Source: Desulfobacula sp.
GTDB lineage: Bacteria; Desulfobacterota; Desulfobacteria; Desulfobacterales; Desulfobacteraceae
Assembly (NCBI RefSeq): GCF_014237455.1
Contig: NZ_JABZFL010000015.1
Span: 4,403-68,402, forward strand
Direction of reading: 5' to 3'
Length of the DNA: 64,000 nt
Part shown: positions 37,318 through 45,915 of the stretch, piece after piece
Position numbering within the stretch: the first letter of the stretch is position 1
Layout: the number at the start of each line of letters is the position of its first letter
Notes under the pieces: model-generated
The model's database searches: none
What the model was told of the DNA's origin: nothing
The model's input: only the letters and a program-made list of their open reading frames with translations
Translations under genes and position numbers: made by a program

Positions 37318-38763
37318 ATGTTACAATTAAGTAAAGACCCTTCTTATATCGATCTTGACATTAGCTTGAAATACAAAATTAAGGACATCGCCCTTGCAGA
37401 AGAGGGATACAAAGATATGCAGCTTTCAGAGAAAGAGATGCCGGGACTCATGGCGATCAGGGAAAAATATGGACCTGAAAAACCTCTTAAGGGTTTGAAA
37501 ATCATGGGCAGTCTTCATATGACGATTCAGACCGCCATGCTCATTGATACCCTTTATGAGCTGGGGGCTGATATTCGATGGGCCTCCTGCAATATTTTTT
37601 CTACCCAGGATCACGCTGCGGCAGCCATTGCACAAAAAGGATCTGCTGCCGTATTTGCATGGAAAGGAGAAACCCTTGAAGAATTCTGGTGGTGTACAGA
37701 GCAGGCGCTGATCTGGCCGGATGGTTCAGGACCCGACCTGATCGTTGACGATGGGGGGGATGCAACCCTTTATGTCCACCAGGGTGTGAAAGTGGAAAAA
37801 AAGCCTTCTTTGCTGGAGAATAAAACCAACAGCCTGGATGAGAAATGCCTGATGGACCGGATGAAGGTAAGCGTTATGGAAGATCCAAAAAAATGGACTA
37901 ATATTGCCAAAAAGATCCGGGGTGTATCAGAAGAGACAACAACCGGTGTTCACAGACTGTATCAGCTGGCTGAAAAAAATGAACTGCTGTTTCCTGCCAT
38001 TAATGTTAATGATTCCGTGACCAAATCCAAATTTGATAATCTTTACGGATGTAGAGAATCCCTCGCAGACGGGATCAAAAGGGCGACCGATGTCATGCTC
38101 GCAGGCAAAACTATTGTTGTGGCCGGATATGGGGATGTCGGTAAAGGGTGTGCCGCATCCATGAAAGGATATGGCGCTATTGTCTGGGTCACTGAAATTG
38201 ATCCGATCTGCGCACTTCAGGCGGCCATGGAAGGCTACAGGGTAGTGACAATGGAAGAGGCGGCTCCCCATGGGGATATTTTTGTGACAGCCACCGGGAA
38301 TTACCATGTTATTGCAGGCGAACATATTGAACAGATGAAGGATGAATCCATTATCTGTAATATTGGGCATTTTGATAGTGAAATAGAGATGAGTTATCTG
38401 GAGAACAATCCAAAGGCTGTAAAAATAACTATTAAACCCCAGGTGGATAAGTGGACGCTGGAGTCTGGCCGGTCCGTCATAGTTCTTGCTGAAGGAAGAC
38501 TTGTGAACCTGGGTTGTGCAACGGGACACCCAAGCTTTGTGATGAGCAGCAGTTTTTCAAACCAGATTCTGGCCCAGATCAAACTGGCCAGAGAAGATTT
38601 TGAAAACAAAGTCTACACACTGCCAAAGGAGCTTGACGAAGAAGTGGCAAGATTCCACTTGAAAAACCTTTCCGTAAACCTGACCCGGTTGACCCAGGAG
38701 CAGGCGGATTATCTTGGGATTCCCATCAACGGCCCGTTTAAAGCGGAGATTTACAAGTATTGA
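37318..38763 (+). CDS. ahcY: Adenosylhomocysteinase
   Basis: '[10 protein letters not shown]', 'SCNIFSTQD', 'SEETTTGV', '[13 protein letters not shown]', 'GYGDVGKG', 'GHPSFVMS'. Confidence 0.98.
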   Translation: MLQLSKDPSYIDLDISLKYKIKDIALAEEGYKDMQLSEKEMPGLMAIREKYGPEKPLKGLKIMGSLHMTIQTAMLIDTLYELGADIRWASCNIFSTQDHAAAAIAQKGSAAVFAWKGETLEEFWWCTEQALIWPDGSGPDLIVDDGGDATLYVHQGVKVEKKPSLLENKTNSLDEKCLMDRMKVSVMEDPKKWTNIAKKIRGVSEETTTGVHRLYQLAEKNELLFPAINVNDSVTKSKFDNLYGCRESLADGIKRATDVMLAGKTIVVAGYGDVGKGCAASMKGYGAIVWVTEIDPICALQAAMEGYRVVTMEEAAPHGDIFVTATGNYHVIAGEHIEQMKDESIICNIGHFDSEIEMSYLENNPKAVKITIKPQVDKWTLESGRSVIVLAEGRLVNLGCATGHPSFVMSSSFSNQILAQIKLAREDFENKVYTLPKELDEEVARFHLKNLSVNLTRLTQEQADYLGIPINGPFKAEIYKY

Positions 38764-39068
38764 TTTTTTATCAGTTTAAAATTTTGAATCTCTTGTCGTT
38801 ATTTGTTTATTCAATTATTTCAGTATGTTGTAGTTTTATTGAAAAATGAAGGGCCACAGGGGTTCAAAATTTTGAACTTTTTATGTATGGAAAAGCAAAT
38901 GATGTCTTTGTAATTTTTATAAAGCAAAAAAAATAATTTGTTGAATGGGTTGATTAGCAATCGTTTTGCGGTTTGATATAGTTTGATTGAAGGAAATGGC
39001 ATGGGAATTGCTTTATAACTCTTTAACATATAAGAAGATTAATTTTTTCATCTTTTTTTCCTTTTCTT

Positions 39069-39100
39069 AAAAAGGCTGCTTCCCAAAAAGCAGCCTTTTT
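39069..39100. terminator. Bidirectional intrinsic terminator
   Basis: AAAAAGGCTGCT-tcccaaaa-AGCAGCCTTTTT, 44 nt beyond the stop of the minus-strand selenoprotein gene. Confidence 0.85.
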
Positions 39101-39143
39101 AAGTTTTAATCCTGGTCAAAGTGCAAAATCAGTATCAGCAAGT

Positions 39144-39362
39144 CTATTTTTTTATCAGTTTAATGATTTCATCGTTATCGGGAAATCGTTTTGTCTGATG
39201 TTTTGAAAAAACAGTTTTTTCATCCACAATAATGTCATAGATGCCTTTTGAGCCCGGGACCAATCTGGGCGTTATGCCGAATTCCTTTTTTATAATGTCT
39301 GCCAGACCGGCAGCCCGTGGTTCATAGTTTCAGACGGCACAATAATTAATTTTGATATCCAT
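39144..39362 (-). CDS. Rdx (SelW/SelT/SelH) family selenoprotein, CxxU motif, 72 aa (missed by ORF track)
   Basis: ATG 39362 after AAGGGG; MDIKINYCAV-TGA(39332-39330)-NYEPRAAGLADIIKKEFGITPRLVPGSKGIYDIIVDEKTVFSKHQTKRFPDNDEIIKLIKK-TAG. Confidence 0.9.
39299..39313 (-). other. Bacterial SECIS hairpin
   Basis: Minus strand CTGCC-GGTCT-GGCAG; loop begins 21 nt after the UGA; GGUCU loop as in the E. coli fdhF SECIS. Confidence 0.8.
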
Positions 39363-39567
39363 GTGTTTCCCCTTTATTTGTCTGATAGTGTGGATCATGT
39401 TCAAAAATTAAAATAGTCAAATCAGATCTTTACTATAATTTAGAATCGCATGGTTCACAACAGGTTTTATTCTTGGGTGATTTTGTTTAAAAAAAGCTCG
39501 ACATTCACTCAATTTTGTTCTAATGCAAAAAGTAAAAATAAATTTGTTTTTAAGGGAGGCCATCCAC

Positions 39568-40698
39568 ATGCTTTTTCATATGCCGTCAAGACTCTATTTC
39601 GGGTCAGGAGAAATTGGCAGTTTAAAATTAATCGTTGATGAATACTTGAAGGCAGACAATCCGGTTCTTGTGACCGATAAAGGAATCGTTCAGTCTGGTT
39701 TGCTGGAAAAAATATTGCCACAGCTTCCAGAGATCAAAATATTTGATGAGATTGAAGCAAACCCGAAATCCGATACCATTAATAACATTGCAAGGGAGAT
39801 GCGAAAGCTTGCCCCCGACCTGGTTATTGGATTTGGCGGCGGAAGCCCCCTTGATGCAGGAAAGGCCCTTGCCCTGCTTGGGACAAATGACGGCAATATT
39901 GAAGATTATGAAGGGAAAGAGAAATATAAGAATGATCCCTTGCCGTTTCTTGCCATTCCCACAACCTGCGGTACCGGAAGTGAGGTGACCTGGGTTTCGG
40001 TGATTACGGATGTGAATAGGAAATTTAAAATGAGCATCAAGGGTCCCAAAATGTATCCTTCCGTTTCCATTGTCGATCCGGATTTGATTAAAACCCTGCC
40101 GCCGTCAATTATTGCCTCCACAGGCCTTGATGCATTGACCCATGCAGTGGAAGCCTATCTGTCCAAACCGGCCACCCTTATTACGGATAATCATGCAGCC
40201 AGGGCGGTTAAATTAATATTAGGCGCCATTGAAGGAGCATATGATGATATTGAAAATCATCATGCAGACCGTGAGGACCTGATGTTTGGCTCAACCATCG
40301 CAGGATTTGCATTTGGCAACTCTGATGTAACAGCCGTCCATTGTATCTCCGAATCCATTGGCGCTTTGTATGATATTCCCCATGGTGTGGCAAATTCAAT
40401 CTTTTTGCCATATGTGCTTTCCTATAACCTGCCCGAATGCTTTGAAAAAATGGCAACACTGGCAAGGCAGGCAGGGATTAACGAAACTGACGACATGAGA
40501 GCATCCATGGCCTTTATTCAATTGATAAAGGATTTGTCAAAGAGACTTGGGATTCCTTTGTTTAAGGATTTGAAAATTGGAAAAGATCAATTTGAGAAGA
40601 TTGCAGAGATGTCGTTTGAAAATAATTCCAATCTATCAAATCCAAGAGAACTTGGATGGGAGGATTACCTTAAAATACTTGAAAATGCGTATGAATAG
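39568..40698 (+). CDS. Iron-containing alcohol dehydrogenase
   Basis: 'GFGGGSPLDAGK', 'AIPTTCGTGSEVT', 'DALTHAVEAY', 'HCISESIG..YDIPHG'. Start placed at ATG 39568 after GGGAGG. Confidence 0.93.
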   Translation: MLFHMPSRLYFGSGEIGSLKLIVDEYLKADNPVLVTDKGIVQSGLLEKILPQLPEIKIFDEIEANPKSDTINNIAREMRKLAPDLVIGFGGGSPLDAGKALALLGTNDGNIEDYEGKEKYKNDPLPFLAIPTTCGTGSEVTWVSVITDVNRKFKMSIKGPKMYPSVSIVDPDLIKTLPPSIIASTGLDALTHAVEAYLSKPATLITDNHAARAVKLILGAIEGAYDDIENHHADREDLMFGSTIAGFAFGNSDVTAVHCISESIGALYDIPHGVANSIFLPYVLSYNLPECFEKMATLARQAGINETDDMRASMAFIQLIKDLSKRLGIPLFKDLKIGKDQFEKIAEMSFENNSNLSNPRELGWEDYLKILENAYE

Positions 40699-40725
40699 AA
40701 AATAAATATATGGAGGGTTTGATTT

Positions 40726-41388
40726 TTAATTATCCCGTCTATTCGTGTTACCGACAACAAACTCTTTTATTTTTTTTAGATATGGGATCAATACAATAAT
40801 GACAATGGCAGCAAACAGATACTGGATCATGTGGAAGCGCTGTTCTAAAAAATCAAAGCAGTAAAACCAGACAGCGATGGCCGTCAGAGTACCCAGAAAT
40901 GTGGCGGTAAAATTTTTGAACAGGCTTAACCTGAGCATATATCCGATAATAGATCCCACCACAGGTCCGGTTACCGGGAGGGGGGCCATGACAAAGATAA
41001 AAATGCCGATCCATCCAAAGGGTTTTATTTTGTCTTTTTGTTCAATAGCTTTTCCAGTCAGCCGGGCCATGAATTTAATTATCCATTCGTTCCTTAGATA
41101 ATTGGTGGTGCTTAATACAAATCCGGCATAGGTGAAACAGACGATAAGCACCTCAATATAAAAATTATATAAAATGGTGGGAAAGGCACCAAATCCATTG
41201 AGAATGCACAAGCCAATGCCGGCGGCCCGGCCACCGACGGTATGGGCAATAAAAACAAGGACAAGGGTTTTTGCTATGTGAAGATCGGTGATACCATAGA
41301 ATCCGATAAAAACCATGAGCAGAGCACTTAAAAAAAATCCGCTTAACAGCAGTCTGCCCTCAATGGTATTTAACAGGGTATGCTTCAT
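40726..41388 (-). CDS. Small multi-drug export (COG2426-like) membrane protein
   Basis: Multi-TM; 'GIFIFVMAPLPVTGPVVGSIIG..L'. Confidence 0.65.
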   Translation of the reverse strand: MKHTLLNTIEGRLLLSGFFLSALLMVFIGFYGITDLHIAKTLVLVFIAHTVGGRAAGIGLCILNGFGAFPTILYNFYIEVLIVCFTYAGFVLSTTNYLRNEWIIKFMARLTGKAIEQKDKIKPFGWIGIFIFVMAPLPVTGPVVGSIIGYMLRLSLFKNFTATFLGTLTAIAVWFYCFDFLEQRFHMIQYLFAAIVIIVLIPYLKKIKEFVVGNTNRRDN

Positions 41389-41605
41389 CTTTATTTTATC
41401 ATCTTAAAAGTTATCATTTCAGCCCAAAAATTTATAGAGCAAGATGGGAAAATTGTCAAGAAGTACGTGAGTTTCCTGAAACCGGATCTATTTTTATAAT
41501 CTTCATAAAATCAGGGTCTCCGGGCCTGCCGTGGCCGATTGCTTGAATTTGAGGTATTACGTTTTTATTACAATTTACCATAAATTATCGGACCACCGGA
41601 TTCGC

Positions 41606-41656
41606 TTGACAAAAAGCAACATCCTAATTTATTGTACAAACATATTTTTATGTTTG
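41606..41656 (+). promoter_or_regulatory. Promoter of the DUF1538 operon with 20-bp palindrome CAAACATA-TTTT-TATGTTTG
   Basis: TTGACA 41606-41611, TATTGT 41630-41635 (18-nt spacer); palindrome 41637-41656. Confidence 0.45.
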
Positions 41657-41752
41657 GCTCAGTGCTTTTGGCGAGCCTCTTTTCGGATCAAGACAAAGTT
41701 TTTCAAAACCGGAAAGTGGTGTCATGACATTTTACAAAAACAAGAGAAAATA

Positions 41753-42487
41753 ATGATCACCACCATAATCCTGAAAAAACTCAAACAGGCATTTACTGAT
41801 CTGCTACCCATTGTTCTGGTAATTGCCTTTTTTCAAATTTTTGTTTTAAAGCAGGCGTTGCCGCAGATGGGAGAAGTCCTTTTTGGCGTGCTTCTCGTGG
41901 TGGCCGGTCTTACCCTGTTTGTTCAGGGACTGGAAATGGGCCTGTTTCCCATTGGTGAGGCAATGGCCCATGCCTTAGCCAGAAAGGGCAGTCTTTTCTG
42001 GCTCCTTAGCTTTGCTTTTTCTCTGGGTTTTTCAACCACTGTGGCAGAGCCTGCCCTTATAGCAGTGGCCTGGGAAGCAGCAGAGATTGCCGGCCAGGGG
42101 GGCCTTATTGAGCCAAGCCAGGAATCTTTAAAGCAATATGCCTTTGGGCTTCGTATGTCTGTGGCTTTTTCCGTGGGACTTGCCATTCTTATCGGTGTCA
42201 TGCGTATCATCCGCGGTTGGCCAATTCATTATCTGATCATCGGCGGTTATGGTGTTGTGATGCTGATGACCATCATTGCGCCCAAAGAGATCATTGGTAT
42301 AGCCTATGATGCCGGCGGCGTCACCACCTCCACCATCACTGTACCTCTGGTTGCAGCTTTGGGAGTAGGGTTGGCCTCATCCATCAAAGGGCGAAGCCCT
42401 CTTGTGGATGGGTTTGGTCTTATTGCTTTTGCATCTCTTCTCCCTATGATGTTTGTCATGGGGTATGGCCTTATAATTTTTGGATAA
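41753..42487 (+). CDS. DUF1538 family membrane protein
   Basis: 'GFSTTVAEPAL', 'AYDAGGVTTSTITVP', 'DGFGLIAFASL'. Start placed at ATG 41753. Confidence 0.88.
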   Translation: MITTIILKKLKQAFTDLLPIVLVIAFFQIFVLKQALPQMGEVLFGVLLVVAGLTLFVQGLEMGLFPIGEAMAHALARKGSLFWLLSFAFSLGFSTTVAEPALIAVAWEAAEIAGQGGLIEPSQESLKQYAFGLRMSVAFSVGLAILIGVMRIIRGWPIHYLIIGGYGVVMLMTIIAPKEIIGIAYDAGGVTTSTITVPLVAALGVGLASSIKGRSPLVDGFGLIAFASLLPMMFVMGYGLIIFG

Positions 42488-43298
42488 AAAAGGACCTGTA
42501 TTTGTGGAATTCATATATGATTTCAGCAAAATATTACTTGCCACCTGTAGAGATGTGCTGCCAATTCTTATTCTTATTACTGTTTTTCAGCTCCTGGTCC
42601 TGCGCCAGCCAATTCCCCATCTGCGTCGTGTCGTTGTCGGTGGTATCTACGTTGTCATTGGTCTTGCCCTGTTTCTGGCAGGGCTTGAAAAAGCACTTTT
42701 CCCCCTGGGGAAAATTATGGCAGCCCAGCTGTCCGATCCTGTTTTTATTTATGGAACAGGGGATGTTGTCGCTGTTGCTGACTGGAAGGCCTATGGCTGG
42801 GTGTACCTTTTTGCGGCCATGATCGGTTTTGCAACCACCATTGCCGAACCCTCTCTTATTGCCGTGGCGTATAAAGCCAATGAGGTATCAGCCGGGACGA
42901 TCAGTAAATGGGGTTTAAGAATCACCGTTGCCATAGGGGTCGCATTTGGCATAAGCCTTGGAACCTTTCGTATTATCACCGGCACCCCGCTTTATCTGTA
43001 CATTCTTGCCGGTTATATGATTGTTATAATACAGACCTTATCTGCCCCCAAAAGCATCATCGCTCTGGCGTATGATTCAGGCGGGGTCACAACTTCAACA
43101 GTCACAGTACCTTTGGTGGCAGCCCTTGGTATAGGACTTGCTTCAACAGTACCAGGACGAAATCCCGCCCTGGACGGTTTCGGCCTTATTGCCTTTGCCA
43201 GTCTTTTTCCGATTATAGCCGTTATGGGCTATGCACAGTTAATGCACTGGCGTACTATATACAAAACAAAATTTATGGAGAAAAAAAATGCGCTTTAA
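42480..43298 (+). CDS. DUF1538 family membrane protein (second paralog)
   Basis: 'GFATTIAEPSL', 'AYDSGGVTTSTVTVP', 'DGFGLIAFASL'. Confidence 0.88.
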   Translation: MDKKGPVFVEFIYDFSKILLATCRDVLPILILITVFQLLVLRQPIPHLRRVVVGGIYVVIGLALFLAGLEKALFPLGKIMAAQLSDPVFIYGTGDVVAVADWKAYGWVYLFAAMIGFATTIAEPSLIAVAYKANEVSAGTISKWGLRITVAIGVAFGISLGTFRIITGTPLYLYILAGYMIVIIQTLSAPKSIIALAYDSGGVTTSTVTVPLVAALGIGLASTVPGRNPALDGFGLIAFASLFPIIAVMGYAQLMHWRTIYKTKFMEKKNAL

Positions 43299-43635
43299 AC
43301 TTATTTTAGCCTCGGTAAAGGCAGATATCACGGACGGCATTGTTGATGCTGCAAAAGAGGCAGGAGCCACAGGGGCAACCATCATACCGGCCAGAGGAAC
43401 CGGCATCAAGGAGGCAAAAACCTTTTTTGGACTTTCTCTGGAAGCACAGACCGATATTGTCCTGCTCCTTGTTGAAGAACATCTTATTACCCAGATTTTG
43501 GAAGCTATAAAGAAAGCAGGGAAATTCCATAAACCTGGAACAGGCATCGCCTTTGTGCTTCCCGTTGAGCATGTTGTGGGCCTGGAAAGTCAAATGGAAA
43601 AATTTAAAGAAGACGTTCGGAAATCTTATTTTTAA
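43288..43635 (+). CDS. P-II family signal protein
   Basis: 'AGATGATIIPARGTG', short T-loop, 'KPGTGIAFVLPVEHVVGL'. Confidence 0.88.
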   Translation: MRFKLILASVKADITDGIVDAAKEAGATGATIIPARGTGIKEAKTFFGLSLEAQTDIVLLLVEEHLITQILEAIKKAGKFHKPGTGIAFVLPVEHVVGLESQMEKFKEDVRKSYF

Positions 43636-43669
43636 ACAATAACATTTATTTTTACTGGGAGAAAAAATC

Positions 43670-44074
43670 ATGGTACCTGACAACACCTCAATAATAAGGG
43701 CAAGGGATGTGATGCGTAAGGGAATCATTACCATTGACGGCATGGCCACGGCCAAAGAGGCGGCCGCTAAAATGCGGGCTGAAAAAGTTTCCTGTCTTAT
43801 CGTCAAAAGAAGGGATAATGATGATGCCTGGGGCATAGTAGTTGTTCAGGATTTTCTTAAAGGGGTGATAATACCGGGCCGCTCTCCGGAAAATGTACAT
43901 GTCTATGAAATCATGACAAAGCCTGTTATCACTGTACCGGCTGACATGGACATCCGCTATGTTGCCCGCCTGATTAACCGGGCCGGCATACGAAGAGCTT
44001 CCGTCGAAGATGGAGGGGAGCTTATCGGAATGATTTCTCTTTCTTCGTTGATTCTCGATAATGAGCTTTTTTAG
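43670..44074 (+). CDS. CBS-domain protein
   Basis: Tandem CBS pair 'ARDVMRKGIITID'...'VYEIMTKPVITV'. Confidence 0.88.
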   Translation: MVPDNTSIIRARDVMRKGIITIDGMATAKEAAAKMRAEKVSCLIVKRRDNDDAWGIVVVQDFLKGVIIPGRSPENVHVYEIMTKPVITVPADMDIRYVARLINRAGIRRASVEDGGELIGMISLSSLILDNELF

Positions 44075-44179
44075 TGCTAAGTTTTTATTTTTTCCCCTTG
44101 ATATTTTTTCAAATTATCAAGGCAATTAGACGTGATAATAAATGGTTCTGTGTAAATATGATGAACCCAAAGCATTTTT

Positions 44180-44608
44180 TTGTTTAAAAAAAAGGTTTTA
44201 CGAATGGAAACAGAAGATGGCAGAAGAATTATTAGTGGTTTTTACTCCACCAAAGAAGAAAGAAAAGCTTGCTTAAGTTTGGAGCAATGGAGTAAATGGA
44301 AGCAATTGGAAAAAACCATTTCTGTACGAGATACAGGAACCAAGGCAATTGTGCACGGGCGCAATCGGAACCAACATAGTATAGTTGGAACACCCGGAGA
44401 GATAAATCCTTGGGGACATTCTGAAGGAACGATTGGCAATACCATTGATTATTGTGTTCAGCTTGGTATTTTTACAAAAGATCAAATAAAAATTCTTGCT
44501 GGAACAAAAATGAATAAAATCAATTCACATCTTCGCAGTATGGAAAAAAAAGGTGAGTATGTGGCAATTAAAAATTTTGATGGAATTATATCTTTTAAAA
44601 ATAAGTAA
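44180..44608 (+). CDS. Hypothetical protein, probable first cassette ORF (ends at attC1)
   Basis: AT-rich ORF whose stop abuts an attC-like hairpin; start uncertain (TTG 44180 or ATG 44204). Confidence 0.5.
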   Translation: MFKKKVLRMETEDGRRIISGFYSTKEERKACLSLEQWSKWKQLEKTISVRDTGTKAIVHGRNRNQHSIVGTPGEINPWGHSEGTIGNTIDYCVQLGIFTKDQIKILAGTKMNKINSHLRSMEKKGEYVAIKNFDGIISFKNK

Positions 44609-44681
44609 ACACAGAAGGCAAATTAACTCGGATGCAAATTCCGTTGCGCTCCATTTGCACCGGTTATTTGCAGCGTTAGCT
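44605..44681 (+). repeat. attC-like site 1 (R'' degenerate)
   Basis: GCAAAT[T]AAC[T]CGG[A]TGCAAAT ... ATTTGCACCGGTTATTTGC imperfect palindrome with three unpaired bases, ending in core GTTAGCT (44675-44681). Confidence 0.75.
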
Positions 44682-44718
44682 TGTCCAGTTCTCAGCTGGA
44701 TAAAAGGAGAAAGAACAA

Positions 44719-45150
44719 ATGGATAGTTTTGGTATAATTTTAATTGTTGCTGTTATTATTGGTATCATTCCTGCCTTTATTGCATCAAGTAAAGGGAGAG
44801 ATTTTGTTCTTTGGTGGATTTATGGCACATCATTGTTTGTCTTTGCTATGATTCATGCAATTGTATTAAAACCAAACGAAGAACAACTAATTAGAGAAGG
44901 AAAGAAACATTGTCCCTATTGTGATGAATTGATAAAGCCCAAAGCAACTGTATGTCGATACTGTAGCAGAGAGCTACCATCAGATCAGGAAGAATTGCCA
45001 GTATCAACTAAAGAAACAAATAAAGAAACAAAATTTTGTCATAATTGTTCAAATAATAGATACCATGGCTTTTCGGGGTATAAATGTAAATTAACTAAAA
45101 ACAAAACAGATACTTTTGAAACTTGTGACAATTGGAGTCAAAAAAGTTGA
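44719..45150 (+). CDS. Membrane protein with zinc-ribbon and second Cys cluster (cassette gene)
   Basis: Two TM helices, CPYC-x10-CRYC, then CHNC...C...C; RBS AAGGAG. Confidence 0.75.
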   Translation: MDSFGIILIVAVIIGIIPAFIASSKGRDFVLWWIYGTSLFVFAMIHAIVLKPNEEQLIREGKKHCPYCDELIKPKATVCRYCSRELPSDQEELPVSTKETNKETKFCHNCSNNRYHGFSGYKCKLTKNKTDTFETCDNWSQKS

Positions 45151-45908
45151 ATGAATTAATACGGGGATTTTTTTATCACTACACTTCAATCGAAAAACTT
45201 ACATTAATATTAAACAGTCAAAATATTCGATTCACCAGAGCTGATTTAGTTAATGATTTAGAGGAAATAAATATTATCGATAAACCTGAGATAAAAAAAT
45301 CTGCCTTTATTTCATGCTGGACAAGCCAAAATAATGAATCAATACCGATGTGGAATTTATATGGTGGTATATCAAAAGGAGTTAGAATAAAGCTGAGATA
45401 TCCGATTTTTGAAGGTGCATCTGTTGCATACAATGTTGAGAATCACCACTGCAACATTATGAATTTAAAAAATATCAGCAATTTTATAAAAAGAGATGGG
45501 GATCATGAATGGGTAAAGTATCTATTCGGACCAATTAAAGTAAATTATGCAAAAAATGTTGCTGTTTATGTAATAGGAAATAATAATTCTTTAATTGTAG
45601 AAAAAATTGGAACTCAAAAACTAGAACATTGGAAATTCGAAAATGAATCCCGTTTTTTAGCTCTGGCAAATCATGAATGGAATAGCAGTACAAAACAATT
45701 TGAACTTAAGCAGGAACCATATTATTCAAAGACTAAAGATAACTATTTTGATATCAGAATAGACAAAAATATATTCAATAAAATGGAAGTTACTCTTGGC
45801 CCAAGTTGTCAATATCCTGAGCAAATTATTGTTGAAAGTCTAATTGAAAAATTTACAACAAATGGAAAAGTGAAACTAAGCGAACTTAAAGAAAAAATTA
45901 GATTATAA
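45132..45908 (+). CDS. DUF2971-like protein (cassette gene)
   Basis: 'YHYTS...L', 'NDLEE', 'SCWT....ESIPMWNLYG...GVRI', 'KLEHWKFENESR'; start uncertain (TTG 45132 or 45147, coupled to the upstream stop). Confidence 0.65.
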   Translation: MESKKLNELIRGFFYHYTSIEKLTLILNSQNIRFTRADLVNDLEEINIIDKPEIKKSAFISCWTSQNNESIPMWNLYGGISKGVRIKLRYPIFEGASVAYNVENHHCNIMNLKNISNFIKRDGDHEWVKYLFGPIKVNYAKNVAVYVIGNNNSLIVEKIGTQKLEHWKFENESRFLALANHEWNSSTKQFELKQEPYYSKTKDNYFDIRIDKNIFNKMEVTLGPSCQYPEQIIVESLIEKFTTNGKVKLSELKEKIRL

Positions 45909-45915
45909 AAAGCTA

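Noticed and set aside
38852-38867. Perfect palindrome GTTCAAAATTTTGAAC as an SOS box
   Set aside because: Arm orientation and spacing do not fit LexA boxes I know, and no gene start lies nearby.
41657-41752. yybP-ykoY (Mn) or c-di-AMP riboswitch in the DUF1538 leader
   Set aside because: Fragments such as GGCGAG and TGGTGTC are in the wrong order and GGGGAGTAG is absent.
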